From the NCBI GenBank assembly GCA_964583625.1, contig CAZOVA010000001.1, positions 480-64,479 of the forward strand: DNA of 64,000 nucleotides, written 5' to 3'. Position numbers and translations under genes: made by a program. The stretch's first letter is position 1. Every line of letters starts with the position of its first letter. Below the pieces are notes generated by a model. It was given only the letters and a program-made list of their open reading frames with translations, was not told the origin of the DNA and made no database searches. The DNA comes from an uncultured Pseudomonadales bacterium. GTDB taxonomy: Bacteria > Patescibacteriota > Microgenomatia > UBA1400 > PJMF01. This document shows, piece by piece, positions 18,497 to 28,984 of this stretch.

Positions 18497-20289
18497 CTTA
18501 ACTCCTCACTTTTGATCATGGTTATTAATTCTTCAAGTTTCAAAGATTCTTGTTCTGTTTGGTGGTCTCTCTTTCTCAAAGTCACCACCTCTTTTTCTAC
18601 CTCTTGATCACCAATGACCAACATTAAGGGAATTTGCTGAGTTTGCGCCTCACGAACCTTGGCATTCAATCTTTCGCTCCGACTATCTACTTCCGTCCTC
18701 ACTTGCGAAGCAGATAAAAGGTTTTGGACCTTTTTTGCATAATCAAGATGGCGGTCAGCAATGGGTAAAATTTTTACCTGAATAGGAGCTAACCAAAGCG
18801 GAAGTTTGCCAGCATAGTGTTCCAATAAAATACCAATCATTCTTTCAAAAGAACCAAAAACAGCCGAATGAATCATTACTGGAGTTTTTTTCTCTCCTTG
18901 ATCATTAATATATTCGCAATTAAAGCGTCCTGGTAATTGAAAATCCAACTGAATGGTCGCTACCTGCCAAGAACGTCCCAAGCTATCAGCAATATTAACA
19001 TCAATTTTGGGACCATAAAAAGCTCCGTCTTTTTCTTTAACTTGATAAACAATTTTTTTCTTCTCCAAAGCAGAGATTAAATTGGCTTCTGCTCTATTCC
19101 AAACAGCAATTTCTCCCACAAAGTCTTCTGGTCTAGTGGAAAGAAAATATTCTGGTTGCAAACCAAGTTTGGCATAATATTCTTGTACCATATTGAGTAA
19201 ACTATTAACCTCTTCCCCAATTTGGTCTTCAGTTACAAAAAGGTGAGAGTCATCTTGAGTAATTTCTCTGACTCTAAATAGGCCATTTAATTCTCCTGAT
19301 TGTTCATTACGAAAAACATGACCAATTTCCGTATAACGGATTGGTAATTCACGATAAGACCTTTGTTGAGTTTGATAAATTTTAATATTAAAAGGGCAAT
19401 CCATTGGTTTGAGACAATAATCTTCTTCATCTACTTGAAAAACAAACATATCCTCGCGATAATGATCCCAGTGTCCAGAAGTTTTCCATAGCCCCGACTT
19501 AGCTAATTCTGGAGTTTTAATTTTCTGATAACCATATTTTTGCCTCAGATTCTGACCAAAATCTTCCAGAATATCCCAAACCACCATACCTTTGGCATGC
19601 CAAAATACAGCTCCAGGACTTTCGGGGTGAAAAGAGAATAAGTCTTGTTCTCTGCCCAATCTTTTATGATCTCTTTTTTTTACTTCTTCCAACCAAGATA
19701 AATGCTCATCTAATTCTTTTTGAGTAGCAAAGGCTGTCCCATAAATTCTAGTCAATTGACGATTATTTTCATCTCCCCGCCAATAGGCAGCAGCGATTTT
19801 TAGCAACTTAAAAGCTCCAATTTCGCCAGTTTTCTCTACATGCGGGCCCTTACATAAATCAAGAAAGTAACCAGCCTCAAAGGCGCTTTGAAAATCCAAA
19901 GCCGCCAGTTTTTCTTTATTTAATAAATCATTTTTTTCTTTTGGAGCCAAAGAGAAAAGAGTGATTACTTCATCATTAGCTAATTCAGCAATAATTTCTT
20001 TTTTATAATGATTATGAGCAAAAAAACGACTCGCTTCCGGCGCATCAACTTGAATTTCTTTCAATGTCCAATTAGCTTTAATAATTTTTTGCATTTGTTT
20101 TTCCCATTTGGGAAAATTTGCTGGAGAGATTTCGACATCAGCCGTTTTATCAAAGTCAAAATAAAAACCTTCCTCTATTGCTGGTCCCATGACCATAGTA
20201 ATTTTATCTAAACCTAGATCCTGCAATATGACATAAGTTAAAACATGCTCACAACTGTGGCGAATTTTTTCTAAATTTTGTTCCATCAT
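18493..20289 (-). CDS. thrS: Threonine-tRNA ligase
   Basis: IRHSCEH, DLCKGPH, AYWRGD, RDHKRLG, LKPMDCP, GAFYGPKID and GSFERMIG. Confidence 0.98.
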   Translation of the reverse strand: MMEQNLEKIRHSCEHVLTYVILQDLGLDKITMVMGPAIEEGFYFDFDKTADVEISPANFPKWEKQMQKIIKANWTLKEIQVDAPEASRFFAHNHYKKEIIAELANDEVITLFSLAPKEKNDLLNKEKLAALDFQSAFEAGYFLDLCKGPHVEKTGEIGAFKLLKIAAAYWRGDENNRQLTRIYGTAFATQKELDEHLSWLEEVKKRDHKRLGREQDLFSFHPESPGAVFWHAKGMVVWDILEDFGQNLRQKYGYQKIKTPELAKSGLWKTSGHWDHYREDMFVFQVDEEDYCLKPMDCPFNIKIYQTQQRSYRELPIRYTEIGHVFRNEQSGELNGLFRVREITQDDSHLFVTEDQIGEEVNSLLNMVQEYYAKLGLQPEYFLSTRPEDFVGEIAVWNRAEANLISALEKKKIVYQVKEKDGAFYGPKIDVNIADSLGRSWQVATIQLDFQLPGRFNCEYINDQGEKKTPVMIHSAVFGSFERMIGILLEHYAGKLPLWLAPIQVKILPIADRHLDYAKKVQNLLSASQVRTEVDSRSERLNAKVREAQTQQIPLMLVIGDQEVEKEVVTLRKRDHQTEQESLKLEELITMIKSEELR

Positions 20290-20350
20290 AAACTTTATTA
20301 TACCGCATTATACCGCAAAAACCCACTTGTATATTTACACAATAAAGAAT

Positions 20351-22489
20351 TTATTTAATCAAAAAAATAAGACCGGCTTCATTCTTCCAAATCGCTTGCT
20401 CATTTATTTCTTGAATTAAGTTGCTGTTAATTTCTTCATATTCGTTTTTTTCATCTTGTTTCCACAAAATAATTGTTTCCACTCCCAAATCTTGCCAGGC
20501 TGTTTTAAAATCATCAATACTGGATAGGGAGAAAATGTCTTTCACTTTATTTTCCTTTTTTTGAAAATCATAATCATGAGTTTTCAAAATATTCTGATTA
20601 CTTAGATAAGTGTGTCGTGCACCCAACCCTGGAACAATACTTGCTTCCTTAAAACGGTCATCGTAATAAACTCCAATTAAATCTTCTTTTTTAGTTGAAG
20701 CTCTCAATTGCGCAAGTAAATCTAGTTGCGCCACACTAAAATGACCAGGCTCGTTAACGCTCGTCTCCACTGCCTTATTAAAATAATAACTAAAATTTCT
20801 TACTGTTCGCGGGCTAAGCAGAACTAAAATGATAATCACTAAAGCTTTTCTCAAAGCTAAAAATAATTTTGTGACGCTAAACTCTTTGTCTGTCAATTTT
20901 TCTCCCCACCAAATACTTAGATTCACACCCAAAGGAATCAAAAGCGCCGTCGCTGCCAAAATAAAAAAGTTAAAAGTATTAAAACCGCCGTGAATTTGCA
21001 TATAATTGCTACCGAAAAAAAACCAAACAAAAAAGCTAGTTAAGAAAAACCAACAGTTTTTTACTCCTAAAGCTTTAATAGTTTTTTTGCCAATCAAAAG
21101 TCCTAATAAACGTGCCCCAAAAATAAAAATCAAAGTCATACCGACCAGTCTTAAATTTAAACGTAATAATTGCAAACTAGTTTTGAAAGAATGTACTGAC
21201 AGTAAATTTTGCTCCTCCAAAAACCATTGATACCAGTTCAAATGATTAGCAGATATAATTTCCCTAGGCCAGACCATCGGTATATAAACTAAACCGTTAA
21301 CCTTTTCTGAACCAATACTCCACAATAAAACTATTGCTCCCAAAGCCGTAAAAAACAAACCCCCTACTTGCCACCAATCAATAATGAAAAACCTAATTAA
21401 ATTAAATTTGAAATTTGATGCTTCTTTTTTTCTTTTCTTATAAACTTGAAAACTTTTTATTATTGTTTCTATTAAAAATGCTATCCCCCAACCGCCTAAA
21501 AAAAAGAACAACCAGTAAACCTTGAATAAAGTGAGAGCTATAAGTAAAGGAATTAATAAAAAAATAATTTTACGCTTTTTTGTTTGCCAATAATAATTTA
21601 AGTATAACCAGCTAGCAAAGAAAATAGTTTTAGCAAAAACCTGAGGCATATTTAAAAACTGATCCGCACCATTATCAAAAGTCGCCATCTCCCAACCTTT
21701 AGTCTCTGACAAAAAGAAAGTTATCAAATAACCGCCGTCACCAGCTAATAAAAAAACTAAAGTGGTAAAAAAAGCTATCTTTTTATTTTTAGTAATGAAA
21801 ATCAGAGATTGATAAATGAGACCAGTAGTGATTAGGGAAAGAAAAATTGGTCCAAATTGAAAAAAGAGATTGGTCGTCGGCAAACCTAAACGCACCAATT
21901 GTGCCCAAAGCAAATCTGAAAAATAATGATAGTCTTTTAAAACATCATTTACTTCCGGACGCGCTGGTGGCCACGATTGAGCCATTGACTCAATAAAGCC
22001 CAAATGCATTAAGCCGTCTTGATAATTGGTGAAGTAAAAAGTAGCTCCTTGATCATTGCTCAGACCAGAACTAAAAATAGCTGGCATCTGCATAAGAAGA
22101 CCTAAAATTAATAGAAAAATTAAAGCAATATTACTTTTAATTTTCTCTTTTAAAAAAGAAACTTTTTTTTGCCAATTGTGACTTTTAGCAGAAAATTTTA
22201 AAAAAATAAATCTTAAACTAAAAATTATCAATCCTAAAGCATAAAGGTAAACTAAAAAATAAATTTTGAGCAAACCACTAAAAAAAGCCACAAAAGTCAG
22301 AGCGACCATGCCTAAAACTGGCGCTATAAATAATTTGCTCATCAAAGATAGTTTAGTTTGTCTGTAATTCTTAGATTGAAAAAACTCAATTATCTTCCAA
22401 CCAGGAATTAAAAATAAAACGAAAACAAGAAAACAAAAATAAAACCCATAAAAATAAAATTGCCAGTTACTAAGACCAAATATGGGCAT
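20351..22489 (-). CDS. Polytopic membrane protein (GT-C glycosyltransferase-like)
   Basis: More than 12 TM segments; QDGLMH and YHYFSDL motifs in an external loop; soluble C-terminal domain. Confidence 0.6.
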   Translation of the reverse strand: MPIFGLSNWQFYFYGFYFCFLVFVLFLIPGWKIIEFFQSKNYRQTKLSLMSKLFIAPVLGMVALTFVAFFSGLLKIYFLVYLYALGLIIFSLRFIFLKFSAKSHNWQKKVSFLKEKIKSNIALIFLLILGLLMQMPAIFSSGLSNDQGATFYFTNYQDGLMHLGFIESMAQSWPPARPEVNDVLKDYHYFSDLLWAQLVRLGLPTTNLFFQFGPIFLSLITTGLIYQSLIFITKNKKIAFFTTLVFLLAGDGGYLITFFLSETKGWEMATFDNGADQFLNMPQVFAKTIFFASWLYLNYYWQTKKRKIIFLLIPLLIALTLFKVYWLFFFLGGWGIAFLIETIIKSFQVYKKRKKEASNFKFNLIRFFIIDWWQVGGLFFTALGAIVLLWSIGSEKVNGLVYIPMVWPREIISANHLNWYQWFLEEQNLLSVHSFKTSLQLLRLNLRLVGMTLIFIFGARLLGLLIGKKTIKALGVKNCWFFLTSFFVWFFFGSNYMQIHGGFNTFNFFILAATALLIPLGVNLSIWWGEKLTDKEFSVTKLFLALRKALVIIILVLLSPRTVRNFSYYFNKAVETSVNEPGHFSVAQLDLLAQLRASTKKEDLIGVYYDDRFKEASIVPGLGARHTYLSNQNILKTHDYDFQKKENKVKDIFSLSSIDDFKTAWQDLGVETIILWKQDEKNEYEEINSNLIQEINEQAIWKNEAGLIFLIK

Positions 22490-22576
22490 AATAGATTATT
22501 ATAATATAACTAAGGTTTTTCTTCTAGTAAAGAAAATTGTTTTTTTATCCCCATGGTCATGTAATTCCATTACTGA

Positions 22577-22605
22577 TTGACAGTTCATTCCTTTTCTGCT
22601 ATAAT
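22577..22605 (+). promoter_or_regulatory. Consensus sigma70 promoter of rplJL
   Basis: TTGACA 22577-22582, 17 nt spacer, TG-c-TATAAT 22600-22605. Confidence 0.9.
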
Positions 22606-22614
22606 CGGCAAAAT

Positions 22615-22712
22615 CAAACCAAAGACAGCGCGCTATCATAAGTCACGCCGAGGTAAGGATTAAAGATTCTTATTGATTGTTGAACTTTGGCTTGACCAAA
22701 GTTTTTTTATTT
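22615..22712 (+). ncRNA. Ribosomal protein L10 leader (autoregulatory attenuator)
   Basis: cc-aaagacagc...gccgagg core typical of L10 leaders, followed by hairpin aactttgg-cttga-ccaaagtt and a U-tract, directly upstream of rplJ. Confidence 0.7.
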
Positions 22713-22727
22713 TATTGAAGGAAATCT

Positions 22728-23234
22728 ATGCCAAACTTGAAAAATCAAAAAAATCTAGCCGTCATTAAAGACAAAATCGCTCAAGCAAAATCGATTTTAG
22801 TAGTTGATTACTCTGGGACAAGTGTTAATGAACAAAATGAATTTCGCAGAAAATTAAAAGAGGCTGGTGGGGAATTTTTTGTTACTAAAAATACTCTCAT
22901 TGGTTTGGGTTTTAATAGTCAGCCAGAAGTTAAAGAAGTTTTGAGTGGGATGAATGCCTTAATTCTTTCCTATGACGACGAAGTGGGAGCGGTCAAGGTA
23001 ACCTATGACTTTATTAAAGAAAAAGAAAAGTTGGCTGTCAAAGTGGGTTACTTAGATGGTAAATTCTTGGATGAAAAAGCAACTAAAAACCTCAGTCAAA
23101 TCCCAGGGAAAAATGAATTAATTGCCTTATTGATTCGTTCTCTCAATAGTCCCGCCGTCAACTTGGTTAATGTTTTACAAGCTAATATTCGTGATCTTAC
23201 TTATGTTTTAAAAGCAATTGCCGATAAAAAATAA
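22728..23234 (+). CDS. rplJ: 50S ribosomal protein L10
   Basis: VVDYSG, FFVTKNTL and IPGKNELIA; upstream of rplL. Confidence 0.95.
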   Translation: MPNLKNQKNLAVIKDKIAQAKSILVVDYSGTSVNEQNEFRRKLKEAGGEFFVTKNTLIGLGFNSQPEVKEVLSGMNALILSYDDEVGAVKVTYDFIKEKEKLAVKVGYLDGKFLDEKATKNLSQIPGKNELIALLIRSLNSPAVNLVNVLQANIRDLTYVLKAIADKK

Positions 23235-23276
23235 GTCGTTATTAAAAAGTATAAATAAAAAGTAGAAAGAAAAATT

Positions 23277-23660
23277 ATGTCAGAAAAAGTCGAAAAAATT
23301 GTCGCTGACGTCAAAGCTTTATCTTTAATGGAAGTTTCCGAGCTAGTCAAAGCTTTGGAAGAAGAATTTGGCGTCACCGCCGCTGCCCCCGTAATGATGG
23401 GAGGAGCTGCTCCTGGTGCTGCCGCTACTGCGCCAGCTGAAGAGAAAACAGAATTTACTGTTGTTCTCAAAGACGCTGGAAGCAATAAAATCGCCGCTAT
23501 TAAAGCCGTGAGAACTCTTAAACCAGAATTGGGTTTGGGTGAAGCAAAAGCCTTTGTAGAAAGCACTCCTAAAAATGTTTTAGAAGATGCTAAAAAAGAA
23601 GATGCTGAAGCCGCTAAAAAAGCTTTGGAAGAAGCCGGTTGCGTCGTAGAGCTAAAATAA
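23277..23660 (+). CDS. rplL: 50S ribosomal protein L7/L12
   Basis: [35 protein letters not shown] and LGLGEAK. Confidence 0.98.
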   Translation: MSEKVEKIVADVKALSLMEVSELVKALEEEFGVTAAAPVMMGGAAPGAAATAPAEEKTEFTVVLKDAGSNKIAAIKAVRTLKPELGLGEAKAFVESTPKNVLEDAKKEDAEAAKKALEEAGCVVELK

Positions 23661-23683
23661 AAATATTTAAAATAAAAAATATT

Positions 23684-23711
23684 AAGCCCTCCCTTTGTTG
23701 GAGGGCTTTTT
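23684..23711 (+). terminator. Intrinsic terminator after rplL
   Basis: aagccctcc-ctttgtt-ggagggctt followed by Ts. Confidence 0.85.
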
Positions 23712-23748
23712 GTTGTTCTCCATTCACTCTTTCTGTTATAATGTTGAA

Positions 23749-25161
23749 GTGCGAAAAAAAATTATTTTAATAATTTTTAGTTTTTTGGTTTTTCTAACAG
23801 GGGAAACTCAAGCTAAAACCTATATCAGCAGCCCTCTAAGTGGAGAAAAAATTAAAAAGCTTCAGTGGAGAGTGGAAGAATTACCCTCTTTAGCTAGTTT
23901 TCAGTTGTGGCAAAAACAATCAAATTCCCAAGATTGGCAAGAACTAAAAAGTTTTTCTTGCCAAGATGAAAACTCTGTTTATCAGTGTCAGTTGGAATTA
24001 GACAAAATTTCTAGTCCTGAAGTTAGACTTAAATTTATTTACCCAGAGGAAAGTAAATTCTACTTACAAATTGATCGTCTTATAAAAGAGGAAAGCTTAG
24101 AATTAGAACCGAATTTCGAGAAAGAGGTTCTTTTTTATGGTCCTTTAAAAAAGATTGAACAAAGCTTGTTGCCGACCTCTCTTTCTTGGCAAGAAACCAA
24201 TTATCAAAATTTAAACCAACCAGAGAAAGAAATGCCGTCAAAATTATTGGTTCAATCTCGACCAATGACAGAAACTGAACAAATTTCTCCTTGGAGTGGT
24301 AATTTCAAGATTATAAAAAATTTTTCTGATCAACAAGTTAGTAACGGGAACTCTCTTGCTTTAATAGAGAATATTGAGAAAAAAGTTGATCAGTTTGTGC
24401 ACTTCTCATATTATAATTTTGACCAACAAAACCTCAAGCTTGTTTGCCAACAAGAAACTAAAAACGAGAATTTTGATTTACCACCAACATCTCAGCTAGT
24501 TTTAACCGGCGCAGTTGCTAGTGGCCAAAGCGAAGAAGAGGCTTTTTCCAATCTGAGTGTGACAGTTAATGACTTGAGTTCTTTAAAGATCGGAGAAACT
24601 ATTCTTATTCAAGAGATAGTCAACCAGCAATCCTATCAAATAGAAGGAGATATCATTGACTTACAACCAAGTGAGAAGAGAATTATTATTAATGCTTGGC
24701 GTGGAGCAATCCCTAAAAACCAAGCTTCCTCCTGCTTAGGACAAAGTTTTTGTTTTTCTACTCAGGCGCGTATTTCCAAACAACAAGAGCTATTTTTACC
24801 TTTAGAAAAAAATTGTGACCAGCTAAAACTTGTAAGTGAAAAGCCTTTGAATTTGAAAGTTACTAACTTATATCTTGGAGAAATAAGCCAGCCAGACTGT
24901 TTGAAAAATGATGGCGATTGGTGTTTTCTTTATGTCTTAGATTTGCAATTACCAAAAGATTTAAGCTTTTTGCAATATCGATTGATCAATTTTTATCCAG
25001 AGCAAATTAAAGTTGATAATGTTTTTTTACACCAAAAAGACTTAGCTTTAAGTTCTGGGGAGAGAAAAGAATCTTCTAGTGCCGGTCAAACAAATTTCAG
25101 TCGATTACGCCACGGTAAGAAACTCGATTCCTCTGGTATTACTCGAGCTTATTATTGGTAA
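23749..25161 (+). CDS. Hypothetical secreted protein
   Basis: GTG 23749 gives signal peptide MRKKIILIIFSFLVFLTGETQA. The track start at 23695 lies inside the rplL terminator. Confidence 0.65.
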   Translation: MRKKIILIIFSFLVFLTGETQAKTYISSPLSGEKIKKLQWRVEELPSLASFQLWQKQSNSQDWQELKSFSCQDENSVYQCQLELDKISSPEVRLKFIYPEESKFYLQIDRLIKEESLELEPNFEKEVLFYGPLKKIEQSLLPTSLSWQETNYQNLNQPEKEMPSKLLVQSRPMTETEQISPWSGNFKIIKNFSDQQVSNGNSLALIENIEKKVDQFVHFSYYNFDQQNLKLVCQQETKNENFDLPPTSQLVLTGAVASGQSEEEAFSNLSVTVNDLSSLKIGETILIQEIVNQQSYQIEGDIIDLQPSEKRIIINAWRGAIPKNQASSCLGQSFCFSTQARISKQQELFLPLEKNCDQLKLVSEKPLNLKVTNLYLGEISQPDCLKNDGDWCFLYVLDLQLPKDLSFLQYRLINFYPEQIKVDNVFLHQKDLALSSGERKESSSAGQTNFSRLRHGKKLDSSGITRAYYW

Positions 25162-25284
25162 TTCTTTTCGCTTTTTATTCGCTTTTAGCTTGTTTTTAGT
25201 CCTTGACATTCTTTCATTTACTTGCTATTTTGAATCAAACAAACCATAACAAAGCTAGTGTTTTTATTAAAAAGAAAGGCTAAA

Positions 25285-25560
25285 ATGGACAAAACGATAA
25301 AAATTGAAGAGGAGGTAAAAGTGAAAAAATCTGGCACGGTTCAAGAAGCAATTAAACTTGATATTAATAATTTACCAGATTTGCTGACAGTAAAAGAGGT
25401 CGCTAGTTTATTAAGAGTTTCTCCTTTGACAGTCAAGCGCTGGGGAGCTAGAGGTAAATTGCCAGCTATTCGCATCAATTCTCGTGGTGATCGTCGTTAT
25501 AAGAAAGAAGCAGTTATGTGGCTTCTAGGTATGGATCTTAAAGAAGAAGACGAAGAGTAA
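25285..25560 (+). CDS. Excisionase/BldC-like (MerR-superfamily) helix-turn-helix protein
   Basis: LLTVKEVASLLRVSPLTVKRWGARGKLPAIRINSRGDRRY; SD gaaagg before ATG 25285; TTGACA at 25203. Confidence 0.85.
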   Translation: MDKTIKIEEEVKVKKSGTVQEAIKLDINNLPDLLTVKEVASLLRVSPLTVKRWGARGKLPAIRINSRGDRRYKKEAVMWLLGMDLKEEDEE

Positions 25561-25561
25561 A

Positions 25562-26308
25562 TTAATTCAATTTTTTAGTTAAAACTAGAAAAACAAAATA
25601 CGGCAGCACTAGCTGCCGTTTTATTCTTTGTGGTTCTTGAATAAGGCGCCAAAGCCACTCTAAGCCTAAGGCTTGCCAATATTTTGGAGCTCTCTTGATT
25701 TTTCCCACTAGGAAATCAAAACTACCCCCAACGCTCATAGCTATTTTGACTTGGCTCGCGCGCAGTAAGTCTCTATTCTCTACCAGCCACCTTTCTTGCG
25801 CGCTCGCCCCAAAAGCGACCAAAACTATGTCTGGTTTTATATCAGAAATAAACCTTTGTAATAGTTTTGTTTCATTATGATTAATTTTATTTATATTTTT
25901 ATATCCCTGTGTATAGTAAATATTAGTTTGATTATTATTAACAGAAATTTTTAATCGATTATTATTAGCTAAGTGTTGATAGTAGCCTCCGATCAATAAA
26001 GTTTTTAGATTTTTTTCCTTTGCTAGAGATAAAAGATAGTTTACTGTATCTGATCCAGTTAGTCTTTCTTTGACTCCAGCAGCCCAAACTAATCCCTGTC
26101 CGTCTGGTAAAAGGATATCCGCTGCTTGTAAATCTTGATAGAAAAGTTTTTCTTTTTTAGCTAAAACAATTTGCTCTGGATTGGGTGTCATAATTAGCGT
26201 CGCAGACGAAGGCTTTTTGACCGATAAGATTTGATCAAGCCAAAAAAACCAGACCTTTTGGTTTTCGTTCACAATTTGTAAACCATAAAATTCTTTAGTT
26301 TTTAGCAT
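25562..26308 (-). CDS. WecB/TagA/CpsF family glycosyltransferase
   Basis: TPNPEQ, LPDG.G, RLTGSD, VAFG...QE, VGGSFD and RAP.....GLEWLWRL.QEP.R. Confidence 0.92.
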   Translation of the reverse strand: MLKTKEFYGLQIVNENQKVWFFWLDQILSVKKPSSATLIMTPNPEQIVLAKKEKLFYQDLQAADILLPDGQGLVWAAGVKERLTGSDTVNYLLSLAKEKNLKTLLIGGYYQHLANNNRLKISVNNNQTNIYYTQGYKNINKINHNETKLLQRFISDIKPDIVLVAFGASAQERWLVENRDLLRASQVKIAMSVGGSFDFLVGKIKRAPKYWQALGLEWLWRLIQEPQRIKRQLVLPYFVFLVLTKKLN

Positions 26309-26309
26309 G

Positions 26310-27587
26310 TTATGATCTTTTTTTAAAGAAACCTCTTAGTTTTTCAATAATCAATCTTTTATTATTTTTTTCTCCAGTTTCCACCTCTTGAAATAGCTCT
26401 TTGTCTTCAAGATTGTCCGTAGCTAAAGTCTCTTCTCTATTAGCTCTATCTGAATCAGTTGGCACCTTTTTAACAAAAGCAATTATTTCCTCTCCAAGAT
26501 TGTTTGCCTCTACTTTCCACTGACCTCGGGCATAGTTGTCACGAATCTCACTAATTCCAGGCAGGTTTTTTATCATCTCAAGGTTGATTATTTTTGGCAA
26601 GCTATATTTTACCAAAATTTTTCCTTCTTGATCAACTCGCAAATCATCAATTATTAAGTTTAAGGCATGGCCTCGATCACGAACAACAATTTGTAATAGG
26701 TTCTCCAAAGAGACAATGTCAACAATATATGGAGGTTTCTTTTCCCAACCAGCCTCTCGAAAAGAATCTCCCAGATTCCAGGCCTGCAAAAATTGCTGAT
26801 AAATTTCTTTAGCCATTGATGTCTCTAGACCATAAGCTTTAATACTATGTTTTTCCTCATCACCGTTCTGGTCTGGGCCTTCTTTCCAGGACTCTAATTC
26901 TTCCCTCAAATTCTCATTGTTTAAAACATAGGTGTGAAGCAAATGTAAAAACTCGTTAAAGGTTTTAACTTGAGGTAATAGCTCTAATAAATTAGCTGAA
27001 ATTCGAGAAAATCCATGTATTTTGGTAGCCATCTCTCTAACTAAATCAATGTCCATTCTCGCCATTTGCTGCTCATAAACTTGATATAAATCTTTCCAGT
27101 CCTTAGCTTGCTCAACAGCATTGAGTGTTTCTTTTTTCAAAAAATCTAAATGTTCTTTCAGTGCTTCCTCAGTTTTAGGCGGAACATAACCTGGACCAAA
27201 GGCATTTGACTCAAGATTAAACTTTTTATTAAAAGCTAGTGCTTTTTCTCTCGGTTTTTCTTCCAAAAAAGAAATTTTCTCAATCAAATACGCAAAGTTG
27301 ATAGACAAAGTCTCTAACCCATAAGAGAGACGTTTGGCGTAAAGCTCCTCTCCTCTGTCCAGAAAAGGCATGATCTCTGAAACAGATAATCTGGCTAATA
27401 AAGCCTTAATCTTTTCATCAAGTTTAAAAATTCCTGTAAAAGCCTCATCTGGCGAGATCTTTTTAGTTTCTGCTACTGCTGGGTTCTCCTCATGAGAGCT
27501 AGGGTTATCTGGCCCTTTTTCACCGAAAGAATTTTTTGCTAGAACTATGTTTTCGTTCTGAGGGAAGTAGGCGGATCGTTCTGACAT
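26310..27587 (-). CDS. Hypothetical protein
   Basis: About 425-aa open frame; ATG 27587 preferred over TTG 27617; VRDRGHAL motif of unknown family. Confidence 0.65.
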   Translation of the reverse strand: MSERSAYFPQNENIVLAKNSFGEKGPDNPSSHEENPAVAETKKISPDEAFTGIFKLDEKIKALLARLSVSEIMPFLDRGEELYAKRLSYGLETLSINFAYLIEKISFLEEKPREKALAFNKKFNLESNAFGPGYVPPKTEEALKEHLDFLKKETLNAVEQAKDWKDLYQVYEQQMARMDIDLVREMATKIHGFSRISANLLELLPQVKTFNEFLHLLHTYVLNNENLREELESWKEGPDQNGDEEKHSIKAYGLETSMAKEIYQQFLQAWNLGDSFREAGWEKKPPYIVDIVSLENLLQIVVRDRGHALNLIIDDLRVDQEGKILVKYSLPKIINLEMIKNLPGISEIRDNYARGQWKVEANNLGEEIIAFVKKVPTDSDRANREETLATDNLEDKELFQEVETGEKNNKRLIIEKLRGFFKKRS

Positions 27588-27634
27588 CTTTGCTCTAATC
27601 ATAACAGATTTTTTCAATTATAATAAGCCATAGT

Positions 27635-28984
27635 ATGGCTTATCAGGAAATACAAAAAAAACACCCTCGTTTTTTTTACCACCACTACCAACAAAGTTTC
27701 ATTAAAAGAGATTTAGTTCTTTCCTTTTTTTATCAACTAGAAAATGGGCCAGAATTTACTCATCAAGTAATTTTTAGAAAAATTGATCTAGATCTCTGGA
27801 AAAAACAAGACTCTCTCCTAATTAATAATTTAATTTTTAATCTTGGTTTGATCGAGATGCTCTCCTATTGGAAATTGGCTGCCTGCCCGGAGATCGTCAT
27901 TAATTGTGGACAATTAGGAAAAAAACAGGTTTTTTTTTGGCAAGACTTAATTTCCAGGGGAATGAGCGAATATTTTTTCATTAATCAAATAAAAGAATTC
28001 TTTCTAAAGCCTCCTAAACTTACCATTGGACATTTGTCTCCTACAAAAGCCTTAGTTGCTAAAAAAAACTCTCCCGAAATCACCTATGCTGCTAATTTGG
28101 GAGGAGGAAAAGATTCTGTCGTCTTGCTCGCTAGTTTAAAGCAGGCAGGTTGTCAATTCATAAACCTAGTCATTCAGCCAGCTTCACCAGCCGCTGTCAA
28201 AATGGGTACTTTAAGTGGCCAGCCTCTTTATTCAATTGAGCGGATTTTTGACAAAAAATTAACTCTCCTCAATCAAAAAAATTATTTGAATGGACATGTT
28301 CCTTTTAGTGCTTCTGTGGCTTTTATCAATCTCCTTGCTGCTCTTACTTATGGGTTTGATTGTGCTTTGGTTGGAAATGAAAAAAGCGCCGATCAAATTA
28401 GTTTTAAATGGGAGAAAAATGAGATCAATCATCAATATTCAAAGAGCACAAAATTTGAACAGGACTTTGAAAAATATAGATCACAATTTTTAGTCAAAAA
28501 TATAAAATATTATTCTTTGATAAGGAAATTAAATGAGATAGAAATTGCTCACATTTTTTCATCAATACCAAATTTTTTTTCAATATTTAGATCTTGTAAT
28601 CGTGGACAGAGAAATGGGCTTTGGTGTCATCGTTGTGCGAAATGTCTTTTTGTTTTTCTAATTCTCTCACCATTTATTGAAGAAAAAGTTTTAGCTAAAC
28701 AAATCTTCAATCACAATTTGTTTGAAGACTTGTTTTTGTTAAAAGAGTTTAAAAAAATTTTAGGTTTAGCTCCAAATAAACCTTTGGAGTGTGTGGGCAC
28801 AATTGAAGAATCACGGCTAGCTCTCTATTTAACTATTAAAAAATATCAGCAAGAAAAGCGGTCTTTGCCAGTTTTGGTACAAAAAGTAAAAAATCAATTT
28901 GAAAAACTTAATATCAACTGGCAAGAAGAAGAAAGTCGACTACTGAGGTATAATATAGACGATCTAGATTGGCCAAAATGCTGA
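27635..28984 (+). CDS. murL: UDP-MurNAc-L-Ala-L-Glu epimerase
   Basis: PP-loop-like GGGKDS, LNGHVPFS, NE.SA, NHQYSKS..FE, FRSCN, WCxxCxKCLFV and KPLECVG; directly upstream of murD. Confidence 0.8.
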   Translation: MAYQEIQKKHPRFFYHHYQQSFIKRDLVLSFFYQLENGPEFTHQVIFRKIDLDLWKKQDSLLINNLIFNLGLIEMLSYWKLAACPEIVINCGQLGKKQVFFWQDLISRGMSEYFFINQIKEFFLKPPKLTIGHLSPTKALVAKKNSPEITYAANLGGGKDSVVLLASLKQAGCQFINLVIQPASPAAVKMGTLSGQPLYSIERIFDKKLTLLNQKNYLNGHVPFSASVAFINLLAALTYGFDCALVGNEKSADQISFKWEKNEINHQYSKSTKFEQDFEKYRSQFLVKNIKYYSLIRKLNEIEIAHIFSSIPNFFSIFRSCNRGQRNGLWCHRCAKCLFVFLILSPFIEEKVLAKQIFNHNLFEDLFLLKEFKKILGLAPNKPLECVGTIEESRLALYLTIKKYQQEKRSLPVLVQKVKNQFEKLNINWQEEESRLLRYNIDDLDWPKC

